Shown piece by piece: positions 40,324-49,653 of a DNA stretch of 64,000 bases. The notes beneath the pieces are model-generated. The model was not told the DNA's origin. It was given only the letters and a program-made list of their open reading frames with translations, and searched no databases. The stretch's first letter is position 1. The number at the start of each line of letters is the position of its first letter. The stretch comes from an uncultured Burkholderiales bacterium (lineage in GTDB: Bacteria; Bacteroidota; Bacteroidia; UBA8524): NCBI GenBank assembly GCA_964584305.1, contig CAZOZL010000004.1:258616-322615 (forward strand), given 5' to 3'. The position numbers and the translations under genes are program-made.

Positions 40324-40887
40324 ATGCTAATGCCAACCAACCAAGCACGCCCCCGTTTGTGGGTGCAATGGTTTGTAAATCCTTTCTATCATAAAAAAGG
40401 AAAAGGCTCAAAAGTTTGTCGTAGGGTGAGAATGGATGTACTGCCTTTTAATCCTTTTGAATTAGGAAAAAATAGTACTATCGAAGATTTTAGCGTAGTA
40501 AACAACGGAGTTGGGGCAGTAACTATTGGTAATGATACGCGTATAGGCTTGGGCAATGTACTTATAGGTCCTGTGAAAGTAGGTAGCCAAGTTATTTTTG
40601 CCCAAAATGTAGTGCTTTCGGGTTTAAACCACGGATATGAAGCCATTGACACACCCATACGTTTACAAAAAGTTACTACCACGCAAATAGTAATTGAAGA
40701 TGAGGTGTGGATAGGAGCAAATGCAGTACTAACCGCAGGTATTACTGTGGGCAAGCACAGTGTTATTGCTGGCGGAAGTGTAGTAGTAAAAAATGTGCCA
40801 CCATACTGTGTTGTAGGCGGAAACCCTGCAAAAATACTGAAACAATACAATGCTGACACCAAACAATGGGAACGCCCTGCTAAATAG
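40324..40887 (+). CDS. Hexapeptide-repeat acetyltransferase (WcaF / colanic-acid-type O-acetyltransferase-like)
   Basis: Left-handed beta-helix repeats (IGNDTRIGLGNVLIGP...IEDEVWIGANAVLTAGITVGKHSVIAGGSVV). Start taken at the internal MLMPTNQ. Confidence 0.7.
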   Translation: MLMPTNQARPRLWVQWFVNPFYHKKGKGSKVCRRVRMDVLPFNPFELGKNSTIEDFSVVNNGVGAVTIGNDTRIGLGNVLIGPVKVGSQVIFAQNVVLSGLNHGYEAIDTPIRLQKVTTTQIVIEDEVWIGANAVLTAGITVGKHSVIAGGSVVVKNVPPYCVVGGNPAKILKQYNADTKQWERPAK

Positions 40888-41069
40888 GTTTTAAAGGCTA
40901 TTATCAATTATTAAAACATCTAAATAAGCATTTTTTTTTGCTTTTAATAAAAAACAATATACCTTGCAACTATAACCATCGCTATATAGGGGAATTACTG
41001 ATTGGATTTTAATCTATCTGTTAAAGTTGACAAAACTTGAAACGTAAACTATATTCTAAAAACAGTAAA

Positions 41070-43271
41070 ATGAAAAAATTTTCTTTCCTTCTTGTCTTTT
41101 TGGCAGGGCTTCTTTTTGTAGTACAATCTTGTAAACGTAAATCAATAGTTCAGGATGACACTCCTCCAGATATTATTTCAATTAATATTGATGATTTAAA
41201 AGCTCCCGAGGGGTTTAATTTTGAAACAAGTAAAGACTTGTACGTCCGTGTTAAGATTGCCAATCCAATATCACCCACTACCAAGTATTTAATACGAATA
41301 TACTCCAACGTACCAGGTACGGGCGAGTTGGTAACAACAGGATTAACGAATAAAGATTTTGAATACTCTACCAGTGTAAGGCTACCCGCTGGGCAGGAAT
41401 TTTTGTGGATTGAAAAGGTTGACCCTGATGGAAGTAGCGAGTTTAATGAAGTTGCGGCAAGCACTTTTGTAACCAGTATGTTTAATAGCAAACCCGAGAA
41501 TGTTTATACTTTTCAAAAAAGAGGTTCGGGTATGAATTGTAAAAGTTCTTGCAACACTACTTATAATAACCACAAAGGGAACTTAAATTTCACCAAAAAA
41601 GGAACGTATTGTATTACAGGTGAATTTAATGGTAGCATTACCGTAGGTAAAGACGTTACTGTAAAAATATGTGCTAATGGAAGCATTACTAATTTGATCC
41701 TTAATAGTAAAAAAAGTAAAGTATATATATTAGAAGGTGCAGAACTAAAAATTACAAATTTAGTTACTAATAACAAAGATGCCGAAGTGGGTAACTGGAG
41801 TGATAGTGTAATAGTATTAGGCTCGATGTCTCAAAATGGAGAGATTAAAAACTACGGTAAATTTTATGTTAATGGAAGCATGACTATAAACTCTAAAGGT
41901 GAGTTTAAAAATTATGGAACTCTTAGCGTTGGTGGTAGTATGAGTATTAATGATGATATGGATAACTACCATTTTATGAGCGTTGGCGGCAGTGTTTCAA
42001 TAAATTCTAAGGGTGAGTTGAAAAGCTACTGTAACTTGACTATTAAGGGTAGTATTACCATAAATGATGAGTTGGAAATAAAGGGTGGATTAACAAAAAT
42101 AGGCGGTAGTGTTACTGTTAATAGTAAGGGAGAAATTAAATTAGACCGTAGTGCTGTGCTCACCTGTGATGATATAACTATAAATGGCGAGGTAGAAGGT
42201 AAGGGAAGTAAGCTAAATATTATAAAAGTAGCGGACAGAACTGTTATTAATAGTAATGGAGAACTAAAAGGCAAGATAAATCTTTGTGATAATGATGGGG
42301 TTGAAATTAATACAGGTAAATTAAAATCAGGAGCAAAAATTTCTTGTGATGGAAGTATTGCTAAATCAACCTGTAACCCTGAAGGGTTTAGTAATGTAGT
42401 AGTAAAAGATGATGACAATGATGGTATTGTTAACGAACAAGATGCTTATCCTAATGATGCTAATAAAGCATTTGACGCCTATTATCCATCAGCAAGTACG
42501 TATGTAAATATTGGTTTTGAAGATTTATGGCCCAACAAGGGCGATTTTGATTTTAACGATATGGTGATTGCATACAATGTGCACAAAATACTTGATGCTG
42601 ACAAGAAGGTAGTAGAAGCTATATTTAAAGTTAATGTGCGTTCCGTAGGTGGTTCTTTTGATAATGGTTTTGGTTTTAGGCTTGATGATATTCAATCATC
42701 GGTAATATCTACTGTTAGTGGCTATACATTATCAAAAAATATTGTTAAACTAAATGCAAACAAAACCGAAGCAGCACAAGACAAAGCTGTAATTATTTGT
42801 TTTGATTCTCCAGAACCTACTTTGAACAGGGTGGGCGGTTCTTTTTTTAATACTATAAAAGCAAATGCCAAAGGCACATCTGATACGTTAACTATACGTG
42901 TTCAGTTTTCAACTCCGCAAGATGAAAGCAAATTGGCAGCGAGTAAACTCAACCCTTTTATATTTACCAACCAAAGAAGAGGATACGAAGTACATTTAGG
43001 TGATTTTGTGCCCACATCATTAGCTGATAAAACACTATTTGGTACTGGGCAAGATGCTTCAAATACATCAACGGGTAAATATTATAAAACTGCGAACAAC
43101 TTGCCTTGGGCAATACTTATTGAAGAAACATTTGACTACCCTGAAGAGAAAGCACCCATAAATGTAGCCTATAGATATTTTAATGAATGGGCAATGAGCG
43201 GTGGTAAAAAACAAGCAAGATGGTATAGAAACTTAGCCTTGCATAGGAATATCAACAAAGTTTTTGAGTAA
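41070..43271 (+). CDS. LruC domain-containing lipoprotein with central beta-helix-like 20-aa repeats
   Basis: Lipobox VVQSCKRK. Repeats (GxxSINSKGEFKNYG/ GGSVTVNSKGEIK...). C-terminal LruC-like domain (DNDGIVNEQDAYPNDANKAFDAYYPS...FEDLWPNKGDFDFNDMV). Confidence 0.7.
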   Translation: MKKFSFLLVFLAGLLFVVQSCKRKSIVQDDTPPDIISINIDDLKAPEGFNFETSKDLYVRVKIANPISPTTKYLIRIYSNVPGTGELVTTGLTNKDFEYSTSVRLPAGQEFLWIEKVDPDGSSEFNEVAASTFVTSMFNSKPENVYTFQKRGSGMNCKSSCNTTYNNHKGNLNFTKKGTYCITGEFNGSITVGKDVTVKICANGSITNLILNSKKSKVYILEGAELKITNLVTNNKDAEVGNWSDSVIVLGSMSQNGEIKNYGKFYVNGSMTINSKGEFKNYGTLSVGGSMSINDDMDNYHFMSVGGSVSINSKGELKSYCNLTIKGSITINDELEIKGGLTKIGGSVTVNSKGEIKLDRSAVLTCDDITINGEVEGKGSKLNIIKVADRTVINSNGELKGKINLCDNDGVEINTGKLKSGAKISCDGSIAKSTCNPEGFSNVVVKDDDNDGIVNEQDAYPNDANKAFDAYYPSASTYVNIGFEDLWPNKGDFDFNDMVIAYNVHKILDADKKVVEAIFKVNVRSVGGSFDNGFGFRLDDIQSSVISTVSGYTLSKNIVKLNANKTEAAQDKAVIICFDSPEPTLNRVGGSFFNTIKANAKGTSDTLTIRVQFSTPQDESKLAASKLNPFIFTNQRRGYEVHLGDFVPTSLADKTLFGTGQDASNTSTGKYYKTANNLPWAILIEETFDYPEEKAPINVAYRYFNEWAMSGGKKQARWYRNLALHRNINKVFE

Positions 43272-43294
43272 AATTTTTGGTATAGTAAAAAAAA

Positions 43295-43340
43295 GTAAGG
43301 CGGCTGTTTATAATAAATTATAGGCAGCCGCCTTTTTTGG
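43295..43340 (+). terminator. Rho-independent terminator
   Basis: AAGGCGGCTG...CAGCCGCCTT stem followed by TTTTTT. Confidence 0.7.
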
Positions 43341-43513
43341 TAGTTTTTAGCCTAAGCTTTGCAATTGTAGGGAGCACAAGTTATAACCATCAAAGCTTCT
43401 CACACGCTTTAGCATATGATTTGATAGTACTTATATTTCGATTGCAAGTAATAACTATCCTTTTTTAATTACTACAACTTATATTTGTAAGCAACTATTT
43501 AGGGTTGTAAACT

Positions 43514-43879
43514 ATGATAATGCTTATCGGGGATGAAATAAGACGATTAAGAACTGCTAAATCTTTTAGTCAGGACTACATGGCTGAGAAGTTGGGAATA
43601 ACGCAACAAGCGTATTCTAAGATCGAAAATCAGATTTCAGAAGCGTCAATCAGTCGCTTGCAGCAAATTTGTGAGATACTTGGTGCGCCCTTGCCTCAAC
43701 TATTAGGACTTGATGAAGAGACCATTGATACTGAAACTGGTGAGGTGATGAAACTCTCGGAAAGGAAACTGTACCACGAAATTATTGTGAATCAGCAAAA
43801 CATTATTGAGAAGCAAGAAGAAACTATACGTTCTATTTCTGCATCATTAGTAATGATGCAGATAAAATTTAGTGATTAG
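43514..43879 (+). CDS. XRE family helix-turn-helix transcriptional regulator
   Basis: HTH_3 motif (IRRLRTAKSFSQDYMAEKLGITQQAYSKIEN). Confidence 0.75.
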   Translation: MIMLIGDEIRRLRTAKSFSQDYMAEKLGITQQAYSKIENQISEASISRLQQICEILGAPLPQLLGLDEETIDTETGEVMKLSERKLYHEIIVNQQNIIEKQEETIRSISASLVMMQIKFSD

Positions 43880-43969
43880 ATAATTTTAGAACAAGCGGGT
43901 AACTAAAAACACCCTTTGTAGTAAGTAGTACAAAAGGTGTTTCTTGATGTATAGAAAAGTTTTTATTGT

Positions 43970-45367
43970 TTAAAGATTGCCTACCATATCCTCTGGTCGA
44001 ACCCATTGGTCAAACTCATCGGCAGTAAGTAGTTCCAATGTTATAGCAGCCTGTTTAAGGGTAGTCCCTTCTTTGTGTGCTTTCTTAGCAATTTTTGCGG
44101 CATTGTCATACCCAATATGCGTATTTAGTGCTGTTACCAGCATCAGTGAATTGTTTAAATTTTCTTTAATAGCAGCGTTGTTTGGCGCAATGCCTACGGC
44201 ACAATTATCATTAAATGATACGCAAGCATCACCTATAAGTCTCGCACTGTGTAACACATTTGCAGCAATAAGTGGCTTAAAAACGTTTAACTCAAAATGT
44301 CCATTGCTACCCCCTATGCTCACTGCAACATCATTGCCCATTACTTGGGCGCAAACCATTGTAAGGGCTTCGGGTTGTGTGGGGTTTACTTTGCCAGGCA
44401 TAATGCTTGAACCGGGCTCGTTACTGGGTATTATAATTTCGCCGATGCCACAGCGTGGGCCGCTACTTAGCAAACGTATATCATTCCCTATTTTCATTAA
44501 AGAAACTGCAGCTCGTTTCAAAGCCCCGCTTAGTTCTACCATACCATCGTGGGCGGCTAAACTCTCAAACTTGTTGGGTGCTGTAATAAATGGAAAACCT
44601 GAAAGATGGGCTATTTTTTCGGCTACTTTCACATCGTATCCCTTGGGGGTATTTAAGCCCGTTCCCACGGCAGTACCGCCTAATGCTAATTCTTTTATTG
44701 CCTCGAGTGCATTTTTTATTGCTTTTATACTATTGGTTAGCTGTTGAGCATAGCCACTAAATTCTTGCCCCAATGTTAGTGGGGTAGCATCCATAAGATG
44801 AGTACGCCCTATTTTAACGATACTATTAAATGTTTCCGTTTTTTTTGTTAGGGTGGTGCGTAACAATTCCATCCCAGCAAGGGTAACTTCTACTACTTGC
44901 TTGTATGCCGCAATGTGCATGGCAGTGGGGTAAGTATCGTTACTTGATTGTGATTTGTTCACATCATCATTAGGGTGTAAAACTTTTTTCGCATCTATAA
45001 GGTTACCTCCATTTAAAACGTGCCCACGGTTGGCTACTACTTCATTCACGTTCATATTACTTTGTGTGCCACTACCTGTTTGCCAAATAACAAGTGGAAA
45101 CTCGTTATCCAACTTTCCCGCTTGAATTTCGTCGCATACTTTACTAATTAAATCGGCTTTTTCTTGAGATAGTACGCCTAACTCTGCATTGGTTTGTGCA
45201 GCGGCTTTTTTTAGTGTTGCAAAAGCATATATTATTTCGATAGGCATTTTATCAGCAATGCCCCCAATGTTAAAATTTTGTAAAGAGCGTTGAGTTTGAG
45301 CTGCCCAATAAGCACTGGCAGGTACTTCAATTTCGCCAATGCTATCATGTTCTATCCTGTGTTCCAT
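43970..45367 (-). CDS. fumC: Fumarate hydratase, class II
   Basis: Starts [28 protein letters not shown]. Lyase_1 signature [13 protein letters not shown]. About 466 aa. Confidence 0.9.
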   Translation of the reverse strand: MEHRIEHDSIGEIEVPASAYWAAQTQRSLQNFNIGGIADKMPIEIIYAFATLKKAAAQTNAELGVLSQEKADLISKVCDEIQAGKLDNEFPLVIWQTGSGTQSNMNVNEVVANRGHVLNGGNLIDAKKVLHPNDDVNKSQSSNDTYPTAMHIAAYKQVVEVTLAGMELLRTTLTKKTETFNSIVKIGRTHLMDATPLTLGQEFSGYAQQLTNSIKAIKNALEAIKELALGGTAVGTGLNTPKGYDVKVAEKIAHLSGFPFITAPNKFESLAAHDGMVELSGALKRAAVSLMKIGNDIRLLSSGPRCGIGEIIIPSNEPGSSIMPGKVNPTQPEALTMVCAQVMGNDVAVSIGGSNGHFELNVFKPLIAANVLHSARLIGDACVSFNDNCAVGIAPNNAAIKENLNNSLMLVTALNTHIGYDNAAKIAKKAHKEGTTLKQAAITLELLTADEFDQWVRPEDMVGNL

Positions 45368-45419
45368 AGTATCTTTTGTGGTGTTTTTTTTAAGGGTTGC
45401 TGTAAAAGTAAGCAAACAT

Positions 45420-45460
45420 AACGGTAGGTTGAAACCTGCCGCAGTTCATAACCGTTAACG
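45420..45460. repeat. Hairpin repeat element copy C (AGGTTGAAACCTGCCGCAGTTCATAACC flanked by AACGGT/ACCGTT)
   Basis: 27 of 29 identity with copy A (2747-2775). Lies between the pyrR-like stop and the fumC start. Confidence 0.55.
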
Positions 45461-45525
45461 CAACCTTTTATAGAATGGGCATTTATGCAGACTTAAGAAA
45501 TCTATATTTAAGTTAAAAATTACTC

Positions 45526-46020
45526 CTAATTAAGACTAAGCTGCATATTTTTATCCGTATCTACCTCAAAAGTAATGTGCTGTTGCAAAGTAGTTGCCAA
45601 TGATATGCCAGTAAAGTCTGCTGATACAGGGAATTTTTTGTGGTTTCTATCTGCCAATACCATTGTTGATATAGTTGCCGCATTGGCATTAAAAAATGGA
45701 TAAATGGCATACACCATAGTGCGGGCAGTGTTTAAAACATCATCAACCACTACAACACTTTTGCCCTTAATTTTATCTGCATCAATACTAATACTGGTAG
45801 ATTGTTCTGTGGGGTTGTTTTTTTCAATTGTTATATACACTAAGTCCACTTTTAAATCAGATATTTTTTCTAATTCATGTGCAATTTTTTCAGCCAAAAA
45901 ACTACCCTGCCCCTTTATTCCTGCAATAATAATTTCTTTACTTCCTACGTGCTCTTCATATATTTGATATGCTAAGCGGGTAATAGTACGTACTATCTGC
46001 TGGTGGGTTAAAATTATCAT
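45526..46020 (-). CDS. Phosphoribosyltransferase family protein, PyrR-like (pyr operon regulator / uracil phosphoribosyltransferase)
   Basis: MIILTHQQIVRTITRLAYQIYEEH, then the PRPP-binding motif VVVVDDVLNTARTM. Start taken at the internal Met. Confidence 0.65.
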   Translation of the reverse strand: MIILTHQQIVRTITRLAYQIYEEHVGSKEIIIAGIKGQGSFLAEKIAHELEKISDLKVDLVYITIEKNNPTEQSTSISIDADKIKGKSVVVVDDVLNTARTMVYAIYPFFNANAATISTMVLADRNHKKFPVSADFTGISLATTLQQHITFEVDTDKNMQLSLN

Positions 46021-46146
46021 ACTAAAAATTGTAAAAGCAATATTACACAAAAATAGGTAGTTACAGGTGAGTAATGCTTTGCTTTTAGAGTAAAAAAGGT
46101 GCATTTTGCAACGACTAATCTAAAAAAAGAAAACGAATAAGGGTTT

Positions 46147-47850
46147 ATGAGCAAACAAAACGAACAATGGGGAAGCCGTGTAGGGCTTATATTAGCAATG
46201 GCTGGAAATGCTGTTGGATTAGGTAATTTTCTTCGTTTCCCAGTTCAAGCTGTGAATAATGGCGGCGGGGCTTTTATTATCCCCTACTTAGTATGTTTCT
46301 TACTAATGGGCATTCCGTTGGTATGGATAGAGTGGAGCATGGGGCGTTTTGGGGGCAAACATGGCAACCACAGCACCCCTTTTATAGTTGATACTATGGG
46401 TAGGCGTAAATTTTGGAAATACTTTGGTGTATTTGGCATATTTACCAATGTTGCGGTAGCTTCTTACTATTGCTATATAGAATCGTGGACTATGTCTTAT
46501 GTTATACATAGTATAAAAGGCACATTTAGCGGGCAAAGTTTAGAATGGGTAAGTAATTTCTTTAACCAATATCTTAATGTTTTTGAAACCAGCACAGGAT
46601 TACCTTACGAGGCGGTGATATTTTTTGTGGCGTGCTTGGCTCTAAATACGTTTATCCTTTCACGAGGGTTGAAAGGGATAGAGTCGGTAGCTAAAATAGG
46701 AATGCCACTATTAATTGCCTTTGGCGCATTTTTAGCCTATCGTGGGTTAACATTGGGCGAGGGAGCAACAGGTGCAGTAGAAGGAGCGAGTGCAACCGAA
46801 GGACTAAACTATTTATGGACACCGCAATACGATAAACTATCTAACTTAAGCGTGTGGTTAGCTGCTGCGGGGCAAATATTTTTCACCCTTTCAGTAGGTA
46901 TGGGTACTATACACTGCTATGCCGCCTATCTAAAAGCCAATGATGATGTTGCGCTAAATGGTATTACAGCAGGTTTTACCAACGAGTTTGTAGAAGTAGT
47001 ATTGGGTGGTGCAATAGTAATACCTATTGCAGCAGGATATTTAGGATTGGACTGGGTGAAAGAAAATGCAGGTTTTGGAATGGCTTTTCAAACTATGCCT
47101 TTCTTGTTTGATAAGTGGGGTGATGTACTTTCTGTTTTTGCAGGAGTAACTTGGTTTGGCTTATTATTCTTTGCAGGTATCACCTCATCGCTTGCTATGG
47201 GTACGCCTTGGATGGGCTTTTTGCAAGATGAGTTTAATGTAAAACGCACCACAGCGGCATGGTCTTTTGGCTTATTAGTATTATTAATGGGCTTACCTAC
47301 GGTGCTACTATTTACAGTTGCCAACGGCTCTGTAAATACTATTGCTTTTAATGAGTATGATTACTGGGCGGGTACTGTCTCCCTTGTTGTATTTGCATTA
47401 GCGGAGACCGTATTATTTTCATGGATATTTGGTTATAGGAAAGGATGGGATGAGTTAAACTCTGGAGCGGATATTAAAATACTACCTATTATAAAAGGTA
47501 AACCTATATTTAAGTATATTATAGGCTATGTAACCCCAATAATGTTGATTATTGTTTTCTTAGGTGCTTTGATAACCCCTGAACAAAACCAGTGGGGCGA
47601 GTCATGGTCTAGCATGATGGCGGGCAATGGATGGACATTAGACAAAAATTCTATTATTGGAATGATGAATATGACAGGGCTAAAAGCGCAAATAGCTGCA
47701 GCTACCGATCCTGATGTTATTGAACGATTAAATACAGAACGTACCTACACTTATATAGCACGGTTTTTACTTATAGGACTTTTCTCAGGCATTAGCTGGT
47801 TGGTATATATAGCCTACCGCAAACGTCAACGTGCTGAATTAAAAGGATAA
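46147..47850 (+). CDS. Sodium-dependent transporter, neurotransmitter:sodium symporter (NSS/SNF) family
   Basis: N-terminal NSS signature (WGSRVGLILAMAGNAVGLGNFLRFPVQAVNNGGGAFIIPY). About 12 transmembrane helices. Confidence 0.85.
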   Translation: MSKQNEQWGSRVGLILAMAGNAVGLGNFLRFPVQAVNNGGGAFIIPYLVCFLLMGIPLVWIEWSMGRFGGKHGNHSTPFIVDTMGRRKFWKYFGVFGIFTNVAVASYYCYIESWTMSYVIHSIKGTFSGQSLEWVSNFFNQYLNVFETSTGLPYEAVIFFVACLALNTFILSRGLKGIESVAKIGMPLLIAFGAFLAYRGLTLGEGATGAVEGASATEGLNYLWTPQYDKLSNLSVWLAAAGQIFFTLSVGMGTIHCYAAYLKANDDVALNGITAGFTNEFVEVVLGGAIVIPIAAGYLGLDWVKENAGFGMAFQTMPFLFDKWGDVLSVFAGVTWFGLLFFAGITSSLAMGTPWMGFLQDEFNVKRTTAAWSFGLLVLLMGLPTVLLFTVANGSVNTIAFNEYDYWAGTVSLVVFALAETVLFSWIFGYRKGWDELNSGADIKILPIIKGKPIFKYIIGYVTPIMLIIVFLGALITPEQNQWGESWSSMMAGNGWTLDKNSIIGMMNMTGLKAQIAAATDPDVIERLNTERTYTYIARFLLIGLFSGISWLVYIAYRKRQRAELKG

Positions 47851-47877
47851 TTTTAATTACTTTAAACAAAAAAAACA

Positions 47878-47991
47878 ATGAACTCAGAAGCATTAACCAT
47901 AATGATTACAGCACAAGTGATAATTGCAAGCTGTATGGGATTCTTTTTTTACAAAGTACTAAGAGTACCTAAGAAAAAAGAGGACGAGTAG
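47878..47991 (+). CDS. Small hydrophobic protein (37 aa), candidate NSS-transporter-associated small subunit
   Basis: ATG 27 nt after the NSS stop. MNSEALTIMITAQVIIASCMGFFFYKVLRVPKKKEDE is a single transmembrane helix with a basic tail. Below the ORF-track size cutoff. Confidence 0.45.
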   Translation: MNSEALTIMITAQVIIASCMGFFFYKVLRVPKKKEDE

Positions 47992-48039
47992 TTAGTTTAA
48001 CGTAAGTTCGGTATAACTTTTTTGGGGTGGCTTACTCGT

Positions 48040-48150
48040 TTTATATAGACAGGCTTACCCAAACGGCACGGGCAGATACTGCTTTAGCAGAGCAAGGAAA
48101 CAGATTGCCACGCTAATCTAAGAATGCTATCTCACAATTGTAATAGTACA
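48040..48150. repeat. Degenerate copy of the 36310-36500 repeat family (shares ACGGCACGGGCAGATACTGCTT, CAGATTGCCAC, CTAAGAA cores)
   Basis: Direct comparison of the two regions, with shared blocks in the same order. Confidence 0.5.
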
Positions 48151-48465
48151 GCAATGGTGTTTGCGTTAGTATAACAACCCTTCTAAATTAACTATTAGCA
48201 CTACTATATAAGTACCCTTCCCCTTGAGGGGAAGCCAAATTGTGGTACAGGTAAAAACTGCAATACATTGGTAGGGCTTAATAACAAGGGAAAAACCGCT
48301 GCACAGCCCCTTGATAAAATAATAAAAATATAAAAAGCACGCGTAAATCTACGCTAAAGGCTAATAGCCAATAGCTAAAAAGTGAACCATAGCTACTTGC
48401 AACGGTTTTAACTTGTAGCTACTTCTAAAAAAGTAACTTAAATACAAAATTTAAAAACGCTAAAA

Positions 48466-49650
48466 ATGGGCTGTTTTTATGCCTTATCAAAAAAATATAC
48501 GTTACATACTATAATAAACTTGGCACTAATGTATATACTCAATATTTTTGCACACCTTATTGTAAACCAAAGCATTTTGATAAATAAAAAAATAGATAAA
48601 TATTACCGTAGCCTATTCTCGCTAATTGGGCTATTAGGGATACTATGTTTTTCGCAATGCAAAAACACACCTGATAAGCCTGCCAGTAGGCTATCTGTTA
48701 GAGATAGTTTGGCAGCCGCAAAAGATAAAGGGTCAATGGCTATAGCGCAACTAAATATCGATATAGCAAATGCACCAAACAATGCTGAACTATATTATAA
48801 AAGGGCTTTGCAATGGGAAAGAGAAGACCAGCCGCTAAAAGGGTTTGGTGATATAGAAAAGGCGATTAAACTGCAGCCACAAAATCCCTTATACTATTTT
48901 ACCAGAGGAAAGATAAGTTTTAGTATTGATAGTATTACCAAGGCAGAGCAATCCTTTAAAAAAGCAGTAGCGTTAAAACCTGATTTTGTTGATGCAATGG
49001 TGGGCTTGGGCAAGTTGCAAATGATACTTTTTCAGTTTAATGAAAGTAATAAAACATTTGACAATGTGCTTGAAATTGAGCCATTAAATGCAACAGCATT
49101 TTACTACAAGGGTAGAAACTATTTAGGCAAACAAGATACTAATAGTGCGCTTACCAGCTATAAAAAAGCAATAGAATATAATAACGATTATTATAGTGCC
49201 TACATAGAATTAGGAAAAATACATCGTGCAAAACGGAAACTAAAATTAGCAAAAGACTACTTTACCAACGCAATACGGATAAAAGAAGTAAGTGCTGAGG
49301 CATACTACGCTAGGGCACTCACCTATTATGATATGGACGCTTTTAGAGAAGCACTTGACGATTTTGAAAAAGTAATGCGGATAGACCCTGATGATTATCG
49401 CCCGTATATAGGTATAGGGTTAATAAACTATAATTTAGACCGTTACGAAGTATCTGTTAATAATTATAGCAATGCCCTTTTAATGAAACCTGATTATGTT
49501 AGGGGATATTATTTAAGAGGGTTGGCATATATGTCAAAAGGAGAAAATACAAAAGCGATAGACGATTTTAGAAAAGTTTTAAAATTAGACGATAGCTATA
49601 CCATAGCAAAAGATTTTTTGAAGCAATTAGGCGCAAAAGACATTAAGTAA
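48466..49650 (+). CDS. Tetratricopeptide (TPR) repeat protein
   Basis: Multiple TPR units (AEAYYARALTYYDMDAFREALDDFEKVMRIDPDD, etc.). The N-terminus is hydrophobic. The start codon is uncertain. Confidence 0.7.
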   Translation: MGCFYALSKKYTLHTIINLALMYILNIFAHLIVNQSILINKKIDKYYRSLFSLIGLLGILCFSQCKNTPDKPASRLSVRDSLAAAKDKGSMAIAQLNIDIANAPNNAELYYKRALQWEREDQPLKGFGDIEKAIKLQPQNPLYYFTRGKISFSIDSITKAEQSFKKAVALKPDFVDAMVGLGKLQMILFQFNESNKTFDNVLEIEPLNATAFYYKGRNYLGKQDTNSALTSYKKAIEYNNDYYSAYIELGKIHRAKRKLKLAKDYFTNAIRIKEVSAEAYYARALTYYDMDAFREALDDFEKVMRIDPDDYRPYIGIGLINYNLDRYEVSVNNYSNALLMKPDYVRGYYLRGLAYMSKGENTKAIDDFRKVLKLDDSYTIAKDFLKQLGAKDIK

Positions 49651-49653
49651 TAA

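Noticed and set aside
43977-44747. 256-aa antisense ORF inside fumC, and similar long antisense ORFs (61446-62219 in the P-type ATPase, 40389-40907, 13029-13514, 37207-37827)
   Set aside because: Each lies entirely within and opposite to a strongly supported conserved gene. The translations are compositionally biased with no domain resemblance.
47992-48465. Screened the long intergenic gap for tmRNA, RNase P or SRP RNA
   Set aside because: I could not find the conserved tmRNA tag-reading-frame and acceptor motifs or the RNase P P4 elements. I kept it only as an unexplained non-coding region.
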